Of a stretch of DNA of 64,000 bases, positions 9,860-19,294 are shown piece by piece. The first letter of the stretch is position 1; each line of letters starts with the position of its first letter. Source of the stretch: an uncultured Actinomycetes bacterium (GTDB lineage Bacteria > Actinomycetota > UBA4738 > HRBIN12); the NCBI GenBank assembly GCA_963816425.1, contig CAWFKP010000006.1:875678-939677 (forward strand). Direction: 5' to 3'. The position numbers and the translations under genes are program-made. Under the pieces are notes generated by a model. The model did no database searches and was not told where the DNA came from. It saw nothing but the letters and a program-made list of their open reading frames with translations.

Positions 9860-10308
9860 CGACGACCGTCGAGTACTCCGTCGAGGTGGATGCGCCGCCG
9901 GACCTTGTGTGGGCGGTGACGAGCGATCCGCGCGGCCTGCCCGCCTGGGAGCGGCTGATCGAGTCGGTACGGATGCCGCCGGGCGGGCTCGCGCAAGGGG
10001 TCGAGTTCGACGTGATCATGGAGTTCATCGGCGTGCGAGCGACGGTCACCTGCACGGTCCAGGAGTGGGAACCGCCGTGGCGCTCCGCCGTGCGTCTGCA
10101 CGGACTCCTCGAAGCGACGGTGATGACGTCCGTCGCGAGCCTGCCGTTCGATCGCAGCGTGCTCCGCCACGAGGTGCGCTACGTGTTCAAGGGACCGTTG
10201 GGGTCGTTCGCGGCTGCGAGCGTTCGCGCGATCGGCGGGGCCGAGTACGCGCTGCGCCGTGGCACCGAGGCCCAGCTCCGCGCGATCGAGGCCCTCCGCG
10301 GGGCCTGA
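9856..10308 (+). CDS. SRPBCC family protein
   Basis: ATGA overlap with the upstream gene. 150 aa. Typical SRPBCC N-terminus (VEYSVEVDAPPDLVWAVTSDPRGLPAWE). Confidence 0.75.
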   Translation: MTTTVEYSVEVDAPPDLVWAVTSDPRGLPAWERLIESVRMPPGGLAQGVEFDVIMEFIGVRATVTCTVQEWEPPWRSAVRLHGLLEATVMTSVASLPFDRSVLRHEVRYVFKGPLGSFAAASVRAIGGAEYALRRGTEAQLRAIEALRGA

Positions 10309-10384
10309 CGCAGTTCCCGACGAACCAGCCCGCGAGGAATCCGAAGATGACGGCTGCCATCGCGCTGTCGCATGATGTGCGGCC

Positions 10385-10976
10385 ATGGGTGTCGGGCGAG
10401 TGGTCTGGGGTGCAGGTCTCTTCGCGGGGGCCTGCGCGATCGGCGTCGCCGTGACCCGTCGTCCCGAGTCGGCGGCGATCGACCGCGAGCTGTTCGATGC
10501 GGTCAATGAAGGCCACGGGCCCGACGCCGATCGGGTGTTCGTCAGCCTCACCGAGCTCGGCTCGATGTACGCCGCGGGTGCAGCCGCTGTCACCCTCACG
10601 CTGCTCGGGCGACGCAGGGCCGCCACCCACGCGATGACCGCGGCGGGGGCCACGTGGCTGCTGTTGCAGGGCATGAAGCGGATGGCGGATCGGCCGCGCC
10701 CGCTGGATGCCGACCCGGACGGCACCCGCCAGCTGATCGCTCGACCTCGTCGGCATGTCCTGGCCGTCGTCCCACCCCGCGGTGCTCACGACCTTCAGCC
10801 GCGTCGCGGCGCGCGAGCTCGGTGTGGGGCCTGTGGGCCGCGGCGCGTTGTCCGCCCTGGACGCCACCGTGGCGGCCTCGCGGGTCTACCTCGGGGTGCA
10901 CTACCCGAGCGACGTCGCGAGCGGACTGCTGATCGGTCGGGCCGTCGCGCGTTGGTGGCCGCGCGGTCGGGCGTAG
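10385..10976 (+). pseudogene. PAP2 family phosphatase, frameshifted at about 10737-10745
   Basis: Motif C1 (KRMADRPRP) is in the frame of ORF 10385..10993. Motifs C2 (SWPSSH) and C3 (SRVYLGVHYPSDV) are in ORF 10755..10976, another frame. The stop at 10734 in that second frame bounds the shift. The span is 592 nt (3n+1). Confidence 0.85.
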
Positions 10977-11004
10977 CCGGGGGCCGCTGCTAGGCTCGCC
11001 CGCG

Positions 11005-11985
11005 ATGTCTCCGATCGCGATGCTGAGCTCCATCGGGTGGCCCGTGGTGGATCGCTTCCGCATCGGCGGCACGTTCGCGATCTCTCCGCACGGTCTGTTC
11101 ATCGCGATCGGCTTCATGATCGGCGCCTGGCTGTTCGGCCGGATCGCCGCCGCTCGCGGGGTGGATGAACGGGCGATCAGCTCGATCGTCCTGTGGTCGT
11201 TGATCGGTGCGATCGTCGGCGCACGCTTCTTCTACGTGCTGGCCCACTGGTCGGAGTTCGCGCCCAAGCCGGTCGAAGCGCTGTTGATCTGGAAGGGCGG
11301 GATCTCGCTGCTGGGCGGGATCGCGGGTGCGACGATCGCGAACGCGATCAACATCCGTCGGTTCGGATTGCGTTTCTTCCAGGTTGCGGACGCGCTCGCC
11401 GCCCCCTTGGCCCTCGGCATCGCGATCGGACGGATCGGCGACCTCATCATCGGCGACCACCTCGGCAAGCCCACCTCGTGGCTCCTGGCCTGGCGGTACA
11501 GCGGGGGAACGGTGGCGCCGCCGTTCGAGTGCCTCAAGGAGTTCTGCCAGGCACCTTTGCAGGGCGACCGGTTGCAGACGCTCGAGCGCTCGGGCTCTCA
11601 GTTGCTGGATCGCACCGGCGCCGTGATCGCCAGCGGCACGGGGGTCCATCAGACGGCGCTGTACGACATGCTGCTCGCCTGGGGGCTGTTCGCGCTGTTG
11701 TGGTGGTTCACGAAACGGCCGCGTCGCGAAGGACTCGCGGCCCTCGTGTTCGCGATCTACTACGGGTGCTGTCGACTGTTGGAGGACTTCCTGCGGATCG
11801 ACAAGCGGTTCGGACCCCTGACCGGCTCGCAGTGGACGGCCCTGACGGTGGTGCTGGTGTGTGTCGCGATCTGGGGATACCTCGCGGTGTCGAAGCGGCC
11901 CGGCCCGACGACGCCGGCACGCTCGACGATCAGACGACGTGCACGGGACCAGCCTGCGGAGGAGACGCCGGCGCCCGCCGGTTAG
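11005..11985 (+). CDS. lgt: Prolipoprotein diacylglyceryl transferase
   Basis: 326 aa, polytopic. Lgt-like blocks (ISPHGLFIAIGF, WKGGISLLGG, GIAIGRIGDLIIGDHLG). Pro/Arg-rich C-terminal tail. Confidence 0.88.
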   Translation: MSPIAMLSSIGWPVVDRFRIGGTFAISPHGLFIAIGFMIGAWLFGRIAAARGVDERAISSIVLWSLIGAIVGARFFYVLAHWSEFAPKPVEALLIWKGGISLLGGIAGATIANAINIRRFGLRFFQVADALAAPLALGIAIGRIGDLIIGDHLGKPTSWLLAWRYSGGTVAPPFECLKEFCQAPLQGDRLQTLERSGSQLLDRTGAVIASGTGVHQTALYDMLLAWGLFALLWWFTKRPRREGLAALVFAIYYGCCRLLEDFLRIDKRFGPLTGSQWTALTVVLVCVAIWGYLAVSKRPGPTTPARSTIRRRARDQPAEETPAPAG

Positions 11986-13082
11986 CGTGCCATCACGGTC
12001 AAGGGCTTGCCGATCTTCGTCGTCGCGGCCTTGCGAACCGCATCGGCGGCATCGCGCAGCGCCACGGCTGCGGGAGAGCTCGGATCGCTGATCACGATCG
12101 GCACACCGGTGTCGGCGCCGACCCGGAGCGCGGGCACCAGCGGCACCTGGGCCATGAGCGGGACCCCGATCGTGTCGGCGACCAGCTGCCCACCGCCCTC
12201 ACCGAAGAGCAATTCCCGTTCGCCGCAGTGCGGGCAGATGAACCACGACATGTTCTCGATCACGCCGATCGGACGCAGGTTGGTCCGCTCGGCCATCTTG
12301 CCGGCACGCTGCGCGACCGTGTGGGCGGCCTCCTGCGGCGTGGTCACGACGACCATCGACGCTCCCGGGATGAAGGACGCGAGGGAGATGCTCACGTCGC
12401 CGGTGCCCGGGGGCAGGTCGCAGAGCAAGACGTCGAGGTCGCCCCAGTAGACGTCTCCCAGGAACTGCTCGATCGCCTTGTGCAGCATCGGCCCGCGCCA
12501 GATCACCGGGGTGTCCTCCGGCACGAAGAACCCCATCGAGATCACCTTCACGCCGTGGGCCTCCAGCGGCAGGATCATGTCGTTGAACCCGACCGGCTTG
12601 CCCTCGGCCCCGAGCATCCGCGGCACGCTGAAGCCCCAGACGTCGGCGTCCAGCACGCCCACCTTGTAGCCGTCGGCGGCCAGCGACGCCGCGAGGTTCA
12701 CGGTGACGGAGGACTTGCCGACACCGCCCTTGCCCGACGCGACCGCGATGATCGAGGTCTTGGGGGAGAAGGCGATCTTCGTGGGTCCGGCCGCGTTGGG
12801 TCCTCGCAGGGTCCCGACGAGCTTCTCGCGCTGCTCCGGGCTCATCGGCGTCAGCGACACCTCGACACGCTCGACGCCGGCGATCGGTTGCACCGCAGCG
12901 GTGACCTCCTGCGTGATCCGATCCCGGAGCGGACATCCCTCGATCGTGAGCAGGACGTGCACGCGCACCGATCCGCCGTCAACCTCGATGCGCTCGAGCA
13001 TGCCGATGTCCTCGATCGGACGGCCGATCTCTGGGTCGTTCACCCCTCGGAGGGCTTCGCGGACCTGTGCCTCGGTGACCAT
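11982..13082 (-). CDS. mrp: Mrp/ApbC family Fe-S cluster carrier ATPase (N-terminal DUF59/MIP18 domain)
   Basis: Start at MVTEAQVREAL with GGAG upstream. Deviant Walker A in IAVASGKGGVGKSSV. CPHCG motif. The stop overlaps the lgt stop (TTAG). Confidence 0.9.
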   Translation of the reverse strand: MVTEAQVREALRGVNDPEIGRPIEDIGMLERIEVDGGSVRVHVLLTIEGCPLRDRITQEVTAAVQPIAGVERVEVSLTPMSPEQREKLVGTLRGPNAAGPTKIAFSPKTSIIAVASGKGGVGKSSVTVNLAASLAADGYKVGVLDADVWGFSVPRMLGAEGKPVGFNDMILPLEAHGVKVISMGFFVPEDTPVIWRGPMLHKAIEQFLGDVYWGDLDVLLCDLPPGTGDVSISLASFIPGASMVVVTTPQEAAHTVAQRAGKMAERTNLRPIGVIENMSWFICPHCGERELLFGEGGGQLVADTIGVPLMAQVPLVPALRVGADTGVPIVISDPSSPAAVALRDAADAVRKAATTKIGKPLTVMAR

Positions 13083-13247
13083 GGAGACTCCTGGCGTTCG
13101 TGGGTAGGAATCCAGTCTACGCGTGGCCCGCGGCAGCCCCCGACCCACCCGAGACTGAAGTCGACCGGCGAACACGCCGATGGGGAATCCGTGTCCAGCC
13201 CGGCCACCGTCGGTGCGGGCGAGCCCACGGAGGAGATACAGGTAGCG

Positions 13248-14435
13248 ATGGACAGTTCACCGATCGTCCCGGAGTTCAACTCCTGGCTGGAGGCGTTGGT
13301 CCAGGGCAACGGCTCGGATCTGCACGTGAAGGTCGGCTCCCCGCCGATGTTGCGCTCGCCGCACGGGCTCGAGCGCTTGGATCGGGATCCGCTGTCTCCG
13401 ATCGAGACGCAGGCGATCTCGGACGGGATCATCCCGGAGGAACGCAAGGCGCTCTTCAAGGAACGGGGCGAGGTCGATTTCGCCTACTCGGTCGCGAACG
13501 TCGGCAGGTTTCGCGCGAACGTCTTCAAGCAACGAGGCTCGGTCTCGATGGTCTTGCGGAAGCTGCGCTTCGGCGGGCCCTCCTTCGAGGAGATCGGACT
13601 GCCGAACGCCATCAAGGACCTCGCCGACGAACATCGCGGCTTGATCCTCGTGACCGGACCGACCGGGTCAGGCAAGACGACCACCCTCGCGGCCATGATC
13701 GGCTACCTCAACGCGACGAAGCCCGTGCACATCGTCACGATCGAGGATCCGATCGAGGTCCTGCACAAGGACGAGCTCGCATCGATCAACCAGCGGGAGA
13801 TCGGCCAGGACACAACCGACTTCCTGTCGGCGTTGCGCGCGGCGCTGCGTCAGGACCCCGACGTGATCCTGATCGGTGAGATGCGAGACACCGAGACGGT
13901 GCGCGCCGCGCTGCAGGCCGCCGAGACCGGGCACCTCGTCCTGTCGACGCTGCACACGCAGGACGCCACGGAGACGGTGAACCGGGTGATCGACTTCTTC
14001 CCGCCGCATCAGCAGAAGCAGGTGCGACTCACGCTGGCGGGCACCCTGCGCGGGATCGTCTGCCAACGGCTGGTGCCGACGGTCGACGGGGGTCGCGTCC
14101 CCGCGCTCGAGATCCTCGTCAACACCGGACGTGTGGCCGAGCGCATCATCGACGAGGAGAAGACCTCCGAGATCAAGGACGTCGTGGCCGAGGGCGGCTA
14201 CTACGGCATGATCACGTTCGACCAGTGGCTCCTGAAACTGATCCAGGAAGGGAAGGTCTCCGTCGAGGACGCGATGCAGGCGGTGTCGAGCAAGCACGAC
14301 TTCGAGCTCGCGCTCCAGCAGGCCGGCATGGAACCGCCTCGGCGCCACGGCACGGCGCCCGCGCCGGGACCCGACCCGATCGTGGAGGCGCCGGCCGAGG
14401 CCGAGGCGTACACCGCGGCGCCGACGGGCGCCTAG
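13248..14435 (+). CDS. pilT: PilT-family type IV pilus retraction-type ATPase
   Basis: ATG at 13248 after GGAGGAG, inside a 1080-aa GC-artefact ORF. Walker A GPTGSGKTTT. Asp box/Walker B DPDVILIGEMRD. His box LVLSTLHT. Pro/Ala-rich C-terminal extension. Confidence 0.88.
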   Translation: MDSSPIVPEFNSWLEALVQGNGSDLHVKVGSPPMLRSPHGLERLDRDPLSPIETQAISDGIIPEERKALFKERGEVDFAYSVANVGRFRANVFKQRGSVSMVLRKLRFGGPSFEEIGLPNAIKDLADEHRGLILVTGPTGSGKTTTLAAMIGYLNATKPVHIVTIEDPIEVLHKDELASINQREIGQDTTDFLSALRAALRQDPDVILIGEMRDTETVRAALQAAETGHLVLSTLHTQDATETVNRVIDFFPPHQQKQVRLTLAGTLRGIVCQRLVPTVDGGRVPALEILVNTGRVAERIIDEEKTSEIKDVVAEGGYYGMITFDQWLLKLIQEGKVSVEDAMQAVSSKHDFELALQQAGMEPPRRHGTAPAPGPDPIVEAPAEAEAYTAAPTGA

Positions 14436-15349
14436 GTCCCCGAGCTCCCCCCACTCGTCGAGCTCGCCTCCGCGATCGCGGTGACCGCGCCGATGAGGCC
14501 CGAGAGCTCCATCGGGACCACGACCTTCGATGAAGGCGACGTGCCGACCTGTTTCAAGGCCTCGAGGTACTGGAGTTGCATCGTGCGCACGTCGGCATCG
14601 CTCGCCGACTCGTTGATCTTCGTCAACGCGAGCGCGAAGCCCTCCGCCCGCAGGATCGCCGCCTGCCGCTCGCCCTCGGCGGTGAGGATGTTGGATTGCT
14701 TCGAACCCTCGGCGTTGAGGATCGCCGCCTCCTTGTTCCCCTCGGCCACGGTGATCGACGCCTGCTTGGCGCCTTCCGCCTCGGTGACGACGGCGCGCCG
14801 GGTCCGCTCGGCGGACATCTGCCGGGTCATCGCCTCCTGGACGGATGGCGGGGGGATGATCTCGCGGATCTCGACGTTGGTCACCTTCACGCCCCAGCGC
14901 TCGGTGACCTCGTCGAGCTTGACGCGCAGCACGGTGTTGATCTCGTCCCGCTTGGCGAGCACGTCGTCCAGAGAGATGTCACCAACCACCGCTCGGAGCG
15001 TCGTGGCGGCGATGTTGGTCGCCGCCCCGGCGAAGTTCGACACCTGCACGACGGACGTCGCCGGCTCGAACACCTTGTAGTACATGATGAAATCGATCGA
15101 GATCGCGGCGTTGTCCTTCGTGATCGAGTCCTGTCGCGGGATCTCCAGGTAGAACTCCCGCAGGTCGACGATCGTCCCCTTGTCCACGAACGGGATCAGG
15201 ATGACGAGCCCCGGGCCCTTGGTCGCCAACAGCCGTCCGAGCCGGAACACGACCAGACGCTGATACTCGGGAACGATCCGGATGGACTTGAACACGACCA
15301 TCAGGACCAAGATCACGAGGACGATCAGGATGATGAGCGCAGGGCTCAT
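14432..15349 (-). CDS. SPFH/band-7 (stomatin-like) protein
   Basis: Start at MSPALIILIV (single N-terminal TM). SPFH core IVPEYQRLVVFRLGR...DSITKDN. Ala/Glu-rich coiled C-terminus. The start overlaps the NfeD stop (ATGA). Confidence 0.9.
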   Translation of the reverse strand: MSPALIILIVLVILVLMVVFKSIRIVPEYQRLVVFRLGRLLATKGPGLVILIPFVDKGTIVDLREFYLEIPRQDSITKDNAAISIDFIMYYKVFEPATSVVQVSNFAGAATNIAATTLRAVVGDISLDDVLAKRDEINTVLRVKLDEVTERWGVKVTNVEIREIIPPPSVQEAMTRQMSAERTRRAVVTEAEGAKQASITVAEGNKEAAILNAEGSKQSNILTAEGERQAAILRAEGFALALTKINESASDADVRTMQLQYLEALKQVGTSPSSKVVVPMELSGLIGAVTAIAEASSTSGGSSGT

Positions 15350-16711
15350 ATGGTGGTTCCTCCTTCCTCGGCCGGCGCCCGCTGCCCGACCGTCTCGTGC
15401 TCGGACGTTGCCGGCTCGACGGTGAGCACGAGGCCGTCGAGGGATGTCACGCGAACACGCGCGCCACCGGGGATCGGACCGGCGGGAGCGACCGCTCGCC
15501 ATTGCTCGGCTGCGACGCGGACCTGTCCGCCATCGGGCCCGACGCCGGAGGAGAGGGCGACGCCCTCGGTGCCGACGATCTTGCGCGTCTCCACCGGCGG
15601 CACATGTCGTAGTTGGAGCGCCTTCGCGACGACGAGGCCGAAGAAGAGGCCTGCGAAGATCGCGACGCCGACCAGCACACCGGGCGCGACGTGCACGCCG
15701 GAGCTGCGGTCATAGAGGAACCACCCACCGAGCAGCAACGCGATCAGGCCGATCGCGCCCCAGATCCCGAGGCCCGGGGCGTGCAGCTCGACGACGAAGG
15801 CGATCACCGACAGAACGAGCAACGCGATACCGATGATGCGCACGGGCAGCACGCCGAACGAGACGAGCGCGATGATCGAGCAGGATCGTGCCGAGCGTGC
15901 CGGAGAAGATGTGACCCGGCACGATCAGCTCGAGCACGATCAGCCCCAGGCCGAGCCAGAAGAAGATGAACGCGAGGTTCGGGTCGAGCAGGCTGTGGAG
16001 GAACCCCATGAAGGCTCCGAGCGGGTCTTCCTGCAGCGTGGCGTTCGCGGTGTGCAACGTGGTGGTCTGTCCCGTGCCCAGGGTCACGGTCTGCCCGTCG
16101 ACCTGTGCCAGGAGATCCTCGGTGGTCGGGGCGATGAGGTCGATCACACCCTGGTCCAACGCCTCCTCGGCGGTGATGCTGACGGCGTCGGAGACGAACG
16201 ACTCGGCGACGGCCTCGTTCCGGCCGTAGGTCTGGGCGAGCTTGCGGATCGAGGCCTCTGCGTCGTTCTGCACCTTCGTCGCCAGGTCGCCTCCCGACAG
16301 GCCGATCGGCGTGGAGGCGCCGACGTTGGTGCCGGGCGCCATCGCCGCGACGGGACACGACAACAGGACGAAGGCGCCGGCCGAGGCGGCGCGAGCCCCG
16401 ATCGGCGACACATAGCCGATGACCGCGACCGGGCTGTTGAGGATCGCCTGGTCGATCTGGTCCATCGACGAGCCGAGGCCGCCGGGCGTGTCGATCGTGA
16501 GGAGCACGGCCGCGGCACCTTCCGAGTTCGCGCGGTCGATCGCGGACACGATGTGGTCGGCGACGATCGGATCGACCACACCGTCGAGCGCCACCGTGAC
16601 GACGACCGGCTGATCGGTCTGCGCCAGCGCCGGCTGCGTGGAGAGCGTGAGCCCGGCGAACAACGCCACGACGACGCCGAGTCCGCCCATCTTCCGTGCA
16701 CTGCCCCGCAT
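15346..16711 (-). pseudogene. Long-form NfeD membrane-bound ClpP-class serine protease, frameshifted near 15877
   Basis: ORF 15710..16999 carries the signal peptide (start MRGSARKMGG at 16711, GGAGG upstream) and the ClpP-like domain (TIDTPGGLG...ASAGAF). After ...GTLGTILL it runs into Arg-rich junk. The hydrophobic continuation IIALVSFGVLPVRIIG... and the OB-fold NfeD C-domain lie in ORF 15346..15852, another frame. Deleting one base (about 15877) joins them as ...TILLIIALVSFG.... The span is 1366 nt (3n+1). Confidence 0.85.
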
Positions 16712-16919
16712 CTGACCTCCCCTTCCAAGCAGGTTCGCCAGGCCTGGTCGGTCGGTTCTCGCGATGTTGAGGTTCCGTTGCGAGCCTACGCTGTTGGTGT
16801 GGCGGTGGATATCCCGCTCGACCCACCGGTGGCGCCGCGGCGAACTCCATGCGACCATCGGTCGGCAGCCCCGGCAAGCCTGCCCGGGCTTCGCGTGCGT
16901 ATCACCGGAAGGACCCGCC

Positions 16920-17492
16920 GTGCAAGGACGTAGCGACGGACCCCTCCTCCCGCGGGAGGAGGAACAGCTCATGGAAGGGCTTCTCGCCGGTGACGACACC
17001 GCGATCCGTGCGCTCTATGCGCGATACGGCCGCCCCGTCTACACGATGGGGCTTCGACTCCTGGGGTCGCGAGAGGCGGCGGAGGAGTTGACCCAGGACG
17101 TCTTCGTGATGGCCTGGCGCAAGGCGGCACGGTTCGATCCCCATCGGGGGCGCCTCTCGACCTGGCTCATGACGATCGCGCACAACCTCGCCGTCGATCG
17201 CCTTCGACGCGAGACCGGTGTGACGCGTCCCAAGCTCGTGCTCGTCGACGAGATGCCGGAGTCGGCGCAGTCGGTCGACGAAGACCTGCTGTTGGAGCGG
17301 GACGCCGCGCTGCGGGCGATCGCGTCGTTGTCCGACGCGGAGCGACGGCTCATCGCACGCACGTACTTCCGCGGCATGACGGCGCGCGAGATCTCCGAGG
17401 ACGACGGCGTCCCGCTCGGCACCGTGAAGACCCGCCTGCGCGCCGCGCTGATCAAGGTGCGCAAGGCCAACGAGCACAAGGAGTACCTGTGA
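16920..17492 (+). CDS. ECF (sigma-70 family) RNA polymerase sigma factor
   Basis: Region 2 (LTQDVFVMAWRKAARFDP...STWLMTIAHNLAVDRLRR) and region 4 (LSDAERRLIARTYFRGMTAREISEDDGVPLGTVKTRL). Start is uncertain: GTG at 16920 or ATG at 16971. Confidence 0.88.
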   Translation: MQGRSDGPLLPREEEQLMEGLLAGDDTAIRALYARYGRPVYTMGLRLLGSREAAEELTQDVFVMAWRKAARFDPHRGRLSTWLMTIAHNLAVDRLRRETGVTRPKLVLVDEMPESAQSVDEDLLLERDAALRAIASLSDAERRLIARTYFRGMTAREISEDDGVPLGTVKTRLRAALIKVRKANEHKEYL

Positions 17493-18274
17493 ACTGCGCG
17501 GGCGTTCGCGACGCGCTGCCGGCCTTCGCCCTGGGCGTTGCGGCCGAGCCCGATGTGTCGTCGGTCGAACTGCACGTGGAGACCTGTGCCGCGTGCCGCA
17601 AGGAAGCGATCGACCTGCAGCGCGCGGTGACCGCGTTCGGCTACGCCCTCGCGCCCGCCGAGGCGGCGCCCGAACTCGAAGATCGTGTCGTGGCGGCGGT
17701 CCGCCGTGCAGCCGGGCAGGGCGATCGACGCCGAGCCAAGCGTCATCGGCGCACCGGGGTCACGCTGCTCGCCGCCGCGATCCTCCTCGCCGCGGTCGGG
17801 ACCGGCGCGGTGTTCGCCAACAGACGAGAGGCGGCGCGCCTGCAGACCGAGCGCACCGCGCTGCAGCAAGACGAGATGCTGCATCGCTTCGGTGAGGCCG
17901 TCAGCTCCGCGCGGTTCGCCGATCCCAGCGCGGACGTGCTGACCGGCATGCTCGCGGCCCCCGACGCTCAGCAGGGTGCCGGCTCGGCGCTCACGATCGT
18001 GTCGCCGTCCGCGGATGATCAGGCGATCGTGCTCGTCAGCGACCTCCCCGATCGATTGCTGCCCCTGACGGTCACGATCACGAACGGCAAGGGCCGGGAG
18101 CTCGAGCTAGGTTCGATCCGCCGGCTTGATTCCGCCGGGGGGGCGACCTTCGCCCGGATCGTCCCGGGCGGGCTCGACGGATTCGTCGACGTGGTGATCC
18201 GCGGGCCACGCGACCGGGTCGTGCTTCGGGGCGGTCTGGCCGCGCAGACGGCAGTGGCGACGCCCACGCCCTAG
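17489..18274 (+). CDS. Anti-sigma factor (zf-HC2 type, single TM)
   Basis: GTGA overlap with the sigma gene. HxxxCxxC motif (HVETCAACR). One TM helix (VTLLAAAILLAAVGTGAVF). Extracytoplasmic C-terminal domain. Confidence 0.8.
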   Translation: MNCAGVRDALPAFALGVAAEPDVSSVELHVETCAACRKEAIDLQRAVTAFGYALAPAEAAPELEDRVVAAVRRAAGQGDRRRAKRHRRTGVTLLAAAILLAAVGTGAVFANRREAARLQTERTALQQDEMLHRFGEAVSSARFADPSADVLTGMLAAPDAQQGAGSALTIVSPSADDQAIVLVSDLPDRLLPLTVTITNGKGRELELGSIRRLDSAGGATFARIVPGGLDGFVDVVIRGPRDRVVLRGGLAAQTAVATPTP

Positions 18275-18301
18275 CCGGCCGGGCCCCGTATCCTGCGAGC
18301 T

Positions 18302-19294
18302 ATGCGCGTCGGTCTCGCCATCCCGCAGTACGGATTCTCGCTCCCCACCGGAGACATCTCCTTCGCCGACACCGCGACCTGGGCCCACCGCGCGGAATCG
18401 CTCGGTTTCGACAGCGTGTGGCTCTCCGATCATTTCGTCTATTCCTTCGCGCGCTACGGCGCCGACCGTGGCCCGATCCCCGCGCTCGAGCCACTGACGT
18501 CCCTGGCAGGGCTGGCTACCGTCACCGAACGCGTCCGGCTCGGGGTGATCGTGCTGGGCGCGCCCTTCCGACACCCGTCCCTGGTTGCGAAGGCGGCCGC
18601 CACGATCGATCAGCTCTCCGACGGCCGGGTCGAGATCGGCCTCGGGGCGGGCTGGCTCGAGCAGGAGTTCGACGCCTTCGGCTACGAGTTCGGCTCCGTC
18701 GGCGAGCGTTTCGACGCGTTGGAGGACGCGCTGACGATCGTGGGTGGGCTCTTCGCCGGGGAGGATCCGTTGACCCACGACGGCGCCGTCTGGTCGCTGC
18801 ACGAGGGCCGGCTGACGCCGCCGCCGGTGCAGACGCCGATCCCCGTGTGGGCCGGCGGGAAGGGCGGCCCCCGCCTGCTCGACATCGCGGCTCGCTCCGC
18901 CACCGGCTGGAACGTGGTGTGGCGGATCGCACCCGAGGACTACGCTGGGCGTCTGGGCGGCGTTCGCGCCGCGTGCGAGCGGGCGGGCCGCGATCCCGCG
19001 ACCTTCGGCCTCTCGGTCGGCCTGTACGGGATCGCCGGTCGCACCGAGGATGAGGCGCGCGCAGCGTTCGGGCGCGCGAAGACCGGCTTCCCCGGCGACG
19101 CGATGCACGACGAGACCTGGGCAACGTGGCGGGCCGACACGTTGAGCGGGTCGATCGGGCAGATCCGCGAGCGCGCGGATGCGTTCGCCGCGCTCGGCGT
19201 GACCGAGTTGATCGTGTCGCCGTGGGCGCTGCCCTTCACGATCGCGGAGCCGGAGCAGGTCGACCTCTTCGCGGAAGCCCTGCTCGATCGATGA
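18302..19294 (+). CDS. LLM-class (luciferase-like) flavin/F420-dependent oxidoreductase
   Basis: 330 aa. TIM-barrel LLM pattern (GFDSVWLSDHF, RVEIGLGAGW, PPPVQTPIPVWAGG). Confidence 0.82.
   Translation: MRVGLAIPQYGFSLPTGDISFADTATWAHRAESLGFDSVWLSDHFVYSFARYGADRGPIPALEPLTSLAGLATVTERVRLGVIVLGAPFRHPSLVAKAAATIDQLSDGRVEIGLGAGWLEQEFDAFGYEFGSVGERFDALEDALTIVGGLFAGEDPLTHDGAVWSLHEGRLTPPPVQTPIPVWAGGKGGPRLLDIAARSATGWNVVWRIAPEDYAGRLGGVRAACERAGRDPATFGLSVGLYGIAGRTEDEARAAFGRAKTGFPGDAMHDETWATWRADTLSGSIGQIRERADAFAALGVTELIVSPWALPFTIAEPEQVDLFAEALLDR

Noticed and set aside
11193-13247. N-terminal extensions of giant ORFs (11193-14435, 20486-23119, 29411-32356, 37485-40007, 23211-25085, 1971-3926).
   Set aside because: Only the C-terminal part of each ORF matches a protein family, and each has a sensible internal start (RBS or start/stop overlap). 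The upstream parts overlap other well-supported genes in different frames.
15710-15852. Programmed frameshift or deliberate two-gene organisation for NfeD (protease ORF plus short NfeD ORF overlapping by 143 nt).
   Set aside because: No slippery heptamer or stimulatory structure is evident. The overlapping tail of the protease ORF is Arg-rich junk, and a 1-nt deletion gives a perfect hydrophobic junction. A simple indel is the more economical explanation, though expression of the short form from GTG 15852 cannot be excluded.
16712-16919. ECF-type promoter (GGAAC-N16-17-CGT-like) upstream of the sigma factor gene.
   Set aside because: Only loose matches (GGTTCC, GGAAGG) at inappropriate spacing or position. 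Not supportable by eye.
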